Under the pieces are notes generated by a model. The model made no database searches. It saw only the letters and a program-made list of their open reading frames with translations, and was not told where the DNA came from. Shown one piece after another: positions 54,557-64,000 of a DNA stretch of 64,000 nt. Each line of letters opens with the position of its first letter. Position 1 is the stretch's first letter. The DNA is taken from positions 1-64,000 of the forward strand of contig CT868067.1 of NCBI GenBank assembly GCA_000165425.1, read 5' to 3'. Source of the stretch: Paramecium tetraurelia (lineage: Eukaryota). Position numbers and translations under genes: made by a program.

Positions 54557-55731
54557 ATGAGGGAAAAATATGAAAACATCAAATAACTCAATCCAAATAG
54601 AGATGTTAGTTCGAGGTCATTTCATAGTCATACACCTTCGAAAGAGCAATATCAAGTTGCGTTTTCTAGTGGTAAAAAGTCAATCGATTAACCAAATGTA
54701 TCGATTGGAAAAACTTTGTTATGTAGTCCTTGCTATAACAAAAGGCTATTGAATAAATCATAATAGAATAAAAAGCAAGAATCTGAATTGGAGAAAGTAA
54801 TTTTATAATTATAAAATAGAGGTTGTTGATGAAATAAATGGAACAAAATCAATTAAGAGAATAATAAAAGATTAATTTTGAAGTTGGCTAATTGTCACTT
54901 AGAAAGTAAATGGAGTAATAAAATCTAAACATTTCGAAAGAATTATTGGATTTAAATAAAGAAAAGGAAAGACAACTTAAAGAGTAAGAAATATAACAAT
55001 AAAACTTAATTATAAAATAAAATTAAGAAATTTTGTATAAAGAAAAAATTGAAAAAAAAAAAAAATAGCATAGTTTGCATCAAGAACTTTCAAGCCAAAT
55101 TGAATAACAAAAAAGATTAAAACAAATGGAATACATGTCTTAATCTATGGAATTTGATGATCCTTATTGGAGAAATCAAGCGTATGAGGAAAAAGAATAA
55201 CAAAGGAGAAAAAATTATCAAATGATGTATAATAATAATCACTGGTAAAATCATGAAAAAGAATAATACAAGAAATAATAACAGGAAAGATCCTTAAAAA
55301 ATAAAGAAATTGATGAAAGAATTAAGACGTTATAAGAATATCACAATTAATTAGAATAAGAGAAAATAGAGAAATAATAAATTTAACATTAACTGATTTT
55401 AGATTTAAATGCATAAGTAAAGCTTAAAAAAACAAAATAAAAAGCTATCAAATTAATTGATTAACAAAAATAGCGTCAAAGAGACTAAGAAATTATGTAA
55501 TAAGAAAAACTAAGAAAATATTAAGAAATTTGTCATAAAAAGAAGGTAAGCTAAGAAATTATTGAAAGTCTCAACAAATAAATCGAAATGTAAAAATAAT
55601 TAAATCCTAAGTAATAACAAGAATAAATTAAAAGTGATTTTTATATATTAAAACCTGTAGTAGAAAAGTAAACTATATCTTGCGCTGATTGTAAAAAATA
55701 GTAGGTCCCACAATAATTAAGTTATGCTTGA
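54557..55731 (+). CDS. Coiled-coil protein flanked by CxxC motifs
   Basis: LCSPCYNK near the N-terminus and CADC near the C-terminus; Q/E/K-rich middle. Confidence 0.72.
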
Positions 55732-56277
55732 ATATATTAATAAAATATTTCAAATTAATAAATTAAATGAAATAGTTAGTTAATCCTATTAACATTTTAT
55801 ACTTAAATAAAAAAGTGCATCTTGAACCTTACAATAATTTAAAAATGGTTTACATTGTCTATCATGAACAACTAAAGGTCTTATAATAAATATCAGATTA
55901 AGAAGAACTAAATGCAAATAGTTATCTAATTCTCTTGATATTGAGCAAATGTTATAAAAACTAACAGTTTGGAAATAAATTTTTAATCCTATATTTATTT
56001 CAACAGATCATGAACTAACAAATTTATATATCTAATTCATAATGTATTCTTAATAATTGAGTTTTGTACTTTCTTATAAAAAATTTTATATAGTAACTTT
56101 AATCGTTTTAGTCTTGTTCTTTAAGCTAGACTAAACTAGACGTAATGAATTATTTGTAAGTAAAATTACAATATGAATGCATATTCTATAAATTCAGAGG
56201 GCTTTTATGTAAAAATAGTAAAATTTTCTGGGAATAAATGAATATTTTATTATTGATTTTGGATTGAAAATTAATTT

Positions 56278-59065
56278 ATGAATTAGAGTTTAACAGATAA
56301 CTCTCATATATCACATTGTCAATTAATGATTTAAGAGGAGTCTTAATCTGGTTGTAATAATACCATACTCTATCATTCAATACATGATTAAAATCAAGCT
56401 GTTTAATCTATGAAATTGGAAGAATTTTAAAGAATAGAAGATATTCAAATTAAAAATGAGAACTCTAAATAATCTGAAGCGAGACAGAAACCATTTTCGC
56501 AATTGATGGTTCATTTCAATGTCCATCATTTCAAAAGGAAAATGTTGTCATATATTCATCCTAATAAGGAATTATCAAAAAATTAATTCTTTATAATATT
56601 TGACAAATCTTCATCTTTCAAAAGCTATCCAAAAAAATAATAATAAAAAACATCATTGCTATAGCATAATAGAGCAGTTGTGGGGTTTCGTAACATAATA
56701 AAAGATTTTAGGAATACTTTTATAGCCTAATTCAAGAAAAAGGTTTAATATTTCATAGAAATCATTCCCATAATAGATCCTTATTCAACTAAGAAGTTGA
56801 TTTGGGACGGAATCATTACAATAATGAGAATATACTTATTAATTTGGATTCCCATTTTGATAGCATTTAAAAATGGAACCCTAGAGGACGTGAATGCTTA
56901 TACTCTTAATGTATGCAGTAGTGCCTTTTTGATTGATTTGGCAATGCAGACTTTTACAATAAGGTTTGATAAAGGGTTTCCTGTAAAAGATCGATATTTA
57001 TTGATACGATACTAAATAAATTGGTGGACTGCAATAGAATTATTTAGCTTCATAATATCCTTGTATTTCAGCATATAATTTCATTAAAACAATTATTCAA
57101 TGTCAGTAGTTGAAGATGATGGATGGACCAAAATACTATTGTTATTATTAATTGTCTAGACAAAAAATATTCTTTAGTTCATTGAAAATTTGCAAAGTGT
57201 AATAAAGCCAAGTAAATCATCAAATTCATTGATCGAATTGGTAAAACTGATATGTTTGATATTGTTGATCTAACATATTTTTTCATGCGTGTGGTATTGA
57301 AGAATTATAATTAGGGTAATAATTGGAACATATGAGCATTTAACAAGCTAATCTTCTTGGCTAGACATGGCAAAGCTGGATATCTATTAACCATGGCATT
57401 ATATTTACTTAGAAGCCATGTATTTTATAAGTGTAACTACCTTTACAGTTGGATATGGTGATATAACACCACAGAGTATTTTTAAATTTAATAATGTTTA
57501 GGTACATCTGAGAAGTGGTTTACAGTTATATACATGTTTTTCTGTTCTTTGTAGCTCTCTTATTCTGTAAATACTATAGGATCTATTTTGATTTAATTAA
57601 AAGAAAACAATGAAGAAATAAAATAGAAAATGACAGCTGTTACAGAGTATATGAGAAATAGATAAATGAGTCGAGGATTGTAGTTTAAGTAAGACAATCA
57701 TTATACCTATTTTAAGAGTTAGAGAATATTTAAATTATTATTGGTAACAAGAAAATGCTTAAAAGAAAAATGAGACTACTGAAATTATACGATTACTACC
57801 AGAAGAACTCCAAAAAAGTATATAAAGGGAAGGATGCTCTAATTTAATTAACAAGAGTTAATTTTTCAAAGAGAAATTTACTCAAGGGTTTCTGAATCAA
57901 TTAATAGATATAGCTTATGTGAAGAATTTCTAACCAGGAATAATAATCAGTGACTTGTAGAATATTTACATAATCGAATAGGGTTGTGTAGAAATAATAT
58001 AAAATTAAGTAAATATATCACATTTAAATTATAGACAGTGGTAGGCTAATTAGATTAATTTTAATAATTTGGACTCAAAAGAGTGTCTCTAGATTTGATA
58101 AATGAAACCAAATATAGGACAAAATCATTTACAAATCTTCTTATTATTCCATATACATCCTTAGTTTAATTAATTGCATAAACTTAGAATGAATTAGAAA
58201 TAGTGTCATAAGCCAGTCTTAATATTATTAATGAGTGTGTTATATGCAAAGGATAACATGTAACAGAATTGTGTTCTCAAGTGCACTATATTCCAGAAAA
58301 TGAAAAAGTAATTAAAAAATATTTGTACAACTCTATACAATAAAGGGGAAGGCGTAGGAGAAAACCAAGGGATTAATTTTAAGAATGGAAAAATGAATTG
58401 AAGTATTTTCAAGATACTGCTGAATAATTATAATAAGATTGTAATAATGAAATTGAACTTCTGTTTCCCAATAACGAAAAGTAACACCACATTAATATTT
58501 GTACGCCTCGCTCCTTACTTGAACTAAATGATGAAAAACCTATAGGATAAAGAGGAGATCTTGAATAGAAGCTTGAAAATAAAGATACTACAAAAACCGT
58601 TAAAAAATTCGAAAATAAACAAGAAATAAATGAATTAAATCTAATTTAGCAGTTCGAAGCTATATCCGAAAAATTTAAACAGATTCATATGTACAATGAA
58701 AAAGTTTAAAAAGATATTTTTCTGCTTTATAAAAGATTAGAATTTTTGTTGGGTTTAGGTGAATTTGAAATTGATAGATACAAGAGTTATAAACACTATT
58801 ATAAAAGTTGGAACATTGATAGAATAATTGCAGAATATAATTTTGCTTCTAATTACATACAAAATCGAAAAAGTGAAAAAGTTAGCCTCGAATAAATATC
58901 GAAATATTTACTATTCCCCAAGATGTACTTTCAACAATATCATTCTGAGAAACCATCTGTGCCCGTTGAAAAACCGAAGGTTAATAAAAGTATAATTCAT
59001 TATTCATCGTAGACGTTAGAACTTCTAAGAAAAGGAAGCGAATTGCCATTCATCCAGATTTTTGA
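56278..59065 (+). CDS. Cyclic-nucleotide-binding-domain (EAG/HCN/CNG-like) K+ channel, copy 1
   Basis: Six TM segments; SVTTFTVGYGDITP; C-linker RVREYLNYYW; degenerate CNBD; CxxC..H...C knuckle; last intron 58990-59012. Confidence 0.9.
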
Positions 59066-59089
59066 ATAATAAATTAATTGTATTTTATA

Positions 59090-61914
59090 ATGGATTAACA
59101 AAAAAATCTCACTCGTTGTACTTTAATAGTAAATGATAGTTAAAGTGAGTCTAATAATAATATTGATCATTCTATTATTGGAGTAGAGGAGGCAGTTTCA
59201 AAAGATGCTATAACGCAGAATGTTAAATAAAAAGAAAAATTTGGACAAACAGAAATTAATGCTATATTTCAAAATTTGCAAAGTAATTAAACAAGCTCTA
59301 TGTCTCCGAAGCATAAATCCTTCTCAAAGTTATTGATTTATTTTCATTCAACCAAATATGCCAACAAAATGTTACAATTAATTAGGCCAAATGAAAAATT
59401 TTCAAAGAAACATTTTAAAATTATAGATGATTCCGCATCATCTTATAAACACATGAAGAAAAGAACTCATCTAGCAACAAATATGGTTAGTTAAAATTTA
59501 AACCTAATTGATTTCAGAGTAAAACTCAGAATGAAAGTTAGAGAGTTCTAGTCTTTATTAAAATAAAAGTTTCTGCTTTACTTTTCCTTAATTCCATTAA
59601 TTGAACCTTAAAGTAAATTTAAATTATTGTGGGATTTTCTATTGAGCATCATGAGAATGTATATGATAGTATGCATGCCTATAGTAATATCGTTTCATTC
59701 TAAAGATAGCGAATAATATCATTGTCTTTACATTATTCTAACATGTCTATTTTTTATTTTTGACATTATACTTAGAGCATTTACAATTTGTTATGATAAA
59801 GGCCTTCCTTTGAAGGACAAATTCGAATTGATTAAAAGACAGTTTACACTATCAACATTCATGGAATTATTTAGCATCTTTTGTGGGATTATTATCGCTT
59901 TATCATTCTTATCAGAATAAGAAAGCCCATATATATTAGAAGAGGATGGGTGGCCTAGAATGGCACTTTTACTCTTCTATTAGTAGATAATGAATATTCT
60001 ACAATATTTTGATACAATTTAACATCAATTAAAATTAAGTAAATTAAGTAATTCGTTTATTGAATTGCTTAAATTAGTATTCTTAATATTATTAATTCAA
60101 CATTTTTGTTGTTGTCTTTGGTAAACATTATAGCTTATAATTAAGGGTAGTGATAGGAGAGTATAAGTAAAGGTAAGATACAATTAATTGGCTTAAAAGA
60201 GTCGAAGGAGAGCCTTGGTAAAATGTATATTTGGAATCATTTTATTTTATGAGTGTTACTATGTTCGTACAGTAGGTTATGGAGAGATAGTACCAACAAG
60301 TAAGAATAACATAGGTAATATAGACCCTATTGAGAAGATATTTTGTATTTGTTACATGTTTCTATCCACTATGCAACTGTCATTTTCTGTAAATACAATC
60401 GGAACCATATTGACTTAAATCAAGGAGAATAACGAGAAGATTAGATAGAAGATGACTTGTATAAATGAGTATATGAGGGAAAAATAAATTAGTTAAAGTT
60501 TACAATATAAGTATTTATTGATTAAATTTAGATTAGAGTGAGAGAATATTTCAATTTTTACTGGGAATAGGAAGTCATACAGAAACGAAATGAACAATCT
60601 GATTTGATCTAATTGTTACCAGAAGAATTGTAAAACAACCTTAAAATTGAATCTGCTTAGGTTCTAATGAGCAAATGCCAATTTTTTAAGTAATTCTTCT
60701 CCTAAAAATGTTTACATCAGCTTCTTGATAAGGTAGAATTTAAGTCATATTAACCTGGAATAGTAATTGAAAACAATGATCTGAATATATTCATTATAGA
60801 ATAAGGTCTAGTTGAAGTTAAATAATAAAAAGTATTGAATTTATACAATATAAGAGGTAATTATGCTATTTGAAAGATAATGATTATTTTGGTCATCTGG
60901 AAATGAAAAGTAATTAATCATCAGCATTATAATATAAAACAGCCTCATTTTGCAGCATACTCATAATTCCTAATTAAGGAATAAGGGAAGTCTTGTAATA
61001 AAATGAAAATGATTAGGAATAATATTAAAAAATCAAAGATATATCCTATTGTTACGTTTGTCAAGACAAAACTCATTTGAGTAATGAATGTTACCAAGTT
61101 CATTTTGTGCCAGACAAAGAAAAAGTCATAAAGCAGTATAATTTTATTCAGGAATAATTTCGTGATTGTTTCAGGAGGTCAAATAAGAGACATCATTTTT
61201 CTGCCTCATAAGATTTGGAATTGATTTCAAATTCTGCCAAAATCTATCAAATAGAAAACGACTAAATAATTGAATAAATAGTTCCTACCATATTTTATGA
61301 GTAAAAACAATCAATTTAAGAATTGGAAGAATGCTATAATTATGATAGATTTAATTAAAGTGAGAATCATTAAAGAAAAATCAAATATAAACATAAGGCT
61401 TCAGGGTCACAGAATATGATTAGGGCATAAACTATTGATATTTTGATTAATGATAATGGCATGAAAGAGATGCATGAACAAATCAAATAGAAATATGAGA
61501 ATATTCATAAATATACGCAGTAATAATAAAAGGATCTCTAAATGCTTTATAAGTAATTAAGTAACAAGGGAGAAGAGAATTCAGAAACTTGTGATAAAAT
61601 CCAAAACTTACGGTACAATAAAGAGTGGAATCTAGAGAATATTGTTAAGAAGGTTAATAGATGCTAAAAATAAGAGTTTTAGAAATCTACGATTGAACAA
61701 TTTTAGAAGTATATGATGTTTCCGAATCAATTTGTATCTTTGTATAAGAATAAGAAAATACCAACTCAAGAGGACTAGGAAAAGCTGAATGCATCGGTAT
61801 TCATTCAACAATACAAATAAAGTAAATTTTGTTTATTATCTGTAAGATCTAAAAAACCTAAAGAGAAGAAATGGGAGAATTGTACCTTAATTAATATTTA
61901 ATATAAATTAATGA
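59090..61914 (+). CDS. CNBD-type K+ channel, tandem copy 2, with a 2-nt frameshift at the pore as assembled
   Basis: Colinear with copy 1 with shared intron positions; SVTMF+gt+TVGYGEIVP; stop inferred at 61912-61914. Confidence 0.8.
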
Positions 61915-63024
61915 ACGACAATAAGTAGAAAGATCTTGAGAGTCCGATTTTCGCAGTTGTGTGTTTTCCTGATTCTGTTTTAGTGAGCTTAGGAGGAGGA
62001 GGAAAGAAATATGGATTAGTTAATAGTCTAGTAGAAATTCTTCAATATTCTTTAAGCAATTATTTCCGAAACCAATATATGGAATTTTGAAGGATCCCAT
62101 TCATACTTTACAATTAGGAGACGAGATATTCTAAAGATTAAGACTAAACACGAAAACAGGATTAATTGTGGGAAATAGCGATGATTAATGTGTGATATTG
62201 AAAGTTTAAGATAACAAGATCTCAATAGTAACTAAGTTTTAGACTGACAGGGCAGCAATAGAACCTTGTTAGAATGACGGAGTCTTTAAATTATTAGGGG
62301 GATACTTTGGCCACAGGAGGAGAAGACGGAATTTTGAAGGTTTGGAATAAGGATTATCAATTGAAATACACAGTGGATATGAAAGGGAAAATTTAATCAT
62401 TAGATTATCATGTAGCAAATGGAATGGTATATCTGATTTTGACAATAGTTAATAGTGGCCACTGACAATGAAGAATGCAAGATATTAAAGGATAGCCACG
62501 TGTTGCATAAATTAGATATTTCATCAAACAATATCCATAAATTACAGTTTCAATCAGCTCTCTTCTCATTAGATGGCACTACTATATTCACATTCAAGAA
62601 TCCAATGAGAGGAGCTTCTTATATGACAAGTTGGAGAATCGAAAATGACAACATTAAACCATTAAAAACAATAAAGATTCATGGACATCCAGTAGTCAGT
62701 ACTTGTTAATCAAAGGAAGGCATATTCATTGGTATTGGATGTTCTGATGGAACTGTAAAAATAATAAATGCAAGGTACAATTGATGTGTATATTCATTTA
62801 GAAAATTGGATATTGAATCTAGTAAGTAGGCTCATGAACTTCCCTGTACAGCATTATGCTTTACTCCAGATTCCAGATTCATTATTTCAGGATCGGTGGA
62901 TGCCAAATATCATTTTCTCTAAAATACTAGACCTTAAGGAATGTTTTCTTTACTATCAAAATTCTGGCTATTAGGTATGTTGTTAGCATACTTAATTATT
63001 GTAATAAAGGATTTATTTGAATGA
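61911..63024 (+). CDS. SEC12: Sec12/PREB-like WD40 GEF for Sar1, C-terminal TM anchor
   Basis: PIFA...GGGGKKYGLVN K-loop; LATGGEDGILKVW; ISGSVD; terminal hydrophobic helix. Confidence 0.85.
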
Positions 63025-63081
63025 GAGTTATCAAGTATAATTTAATAGTTGTTTATTATAATTACATTAAATTATTTTAAA

Positions 63082-63796
63082 ATGCATAACAGAAACAAAA
63101 CTAGCAAATCATAAATGCAACCCTTAATCTAATTGTCTATTGATCTAGGAAATAGTAAATGCGATAGGATTGTCCTTTATAAAGAGACTGATCCCTATTT
63201 AGAAGCTAGATAATTCGTCCAAAGAAATCATCTGCCCTAATAAATGGTTAAAGTAATATCGAATTGCATTATTAAACAAATGAAAGCCTATGAAGATATG
63301 ATGATGATAACGTATGTAATTTAATCAACAAATAAAGGACACTCAAACAGAAACTAATTATCTGAGAAACTTAAAATCTAATCATATTGAATTATAAGCC
63401 AAACAAAAAACTCCAAGTCCACAAAGATTTCATCCAAGCCCCAAAATAATACATAAACAGAATCTATCCAGAAGTCCATCCAATATATCTTTGTAAGATG
63501 AACTACCTACTGATAAAGTAGTAGTGAAGAAACTATTCTAAGTTTTAGATTCTGATTAAGATGGATTGATCTCTGCTAATAAAGTGAATTATTAGAAATT
63601 ACCCATCTAGTTAAAAAATAGAGTAAATTTCATTAGTCTAATCTAGATTTCCATTCATTTGGAACAATCATCTATACCATTTGAATTTGAAGAATTGTAT
63701 GATAAATTGAAGAATGATCCATAAGAAGAATATTTTATTACTTTAAAACTGATAAGCTAAATTTTAGACATTCCAAAGGTCAAAGTATTAATGTGA
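63082..63796 (+). CDS. EF-hand-containing hypothetical protein
   Basis: LSIDLGNSKCDRIVLY N-terminus; LFQVLDSDQDGLIS EF loop. Confidence 0.75.
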
Positions 63797-64000
63797 ATAA
63801 TTTTGAATCATATAAATAATAAATCATTAAACATGGTTGTAAATTTCACTACATTTTTATTTTTGTTAAATTTATTTGGTTCTATTATTACTTGGATATA
63901 CCTTATTAAGTTAAACTAACGAAATTTCGAAGTTAACACAATCTTATTGTTGATAAATATGAATATTATCAATTTAACACTTTATAGTCAAATTCTAATA

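Noticed and set aside
60268..60275. TACAGTAG matching the IES-end consensus at the channel frameshift
   Set aside because: It lies in retained coding sequence (TVG), and alternative TA-boundary excision does not explain the two extra bases.

Overview
AT-rich, very gene-dense eukaryotic DNA that reads as macronuclear sequence of a Paramecium (probably aurelia complex). TAA/TAG encode Gln, TGA is the only stop, and genes are split by tiny (~20-30 nt) GT..AG introns, so the supplied standard-code ORF track is mostly fragments or antisense noise. Hand re-translation gives about 36 genes. These include a giant RCC1 + tandem ~83-aa repeat protein running off the left edge, two choline-transporter-like genes, AMPK beta, ACBP, a ciliate ATP synthase subunit, two MORN proteins, a CaMKK-like kinase, dynactin p62, a trichocyst matrix protein, cytochrome b5 reductase, mitochondrial bL9, a front-end desaturase, an MFS transporter, a DHHC palmitoyltransferase, a cyclophilin-SYF2 fusion, a degenerate Trm1, a degenerate hybrid histidine kinase, a large PAS/TmcB-like membrane protein, an ataxin-2-like protein, a CAP protein, TBCA, an ankyrin protein, two tandem CNBD K+ channels, Sec12 and an EF-hand protein. 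The most notable items are the unassigned ~83-aa module in a higher-order super-repeat, a 2-nt insertion at the selectivity filter of the second channel, and an ATGA stop/start overlap between that channel and Sec12. Coordinates and family calls are manual and come from recognised motifs; no database search was run.
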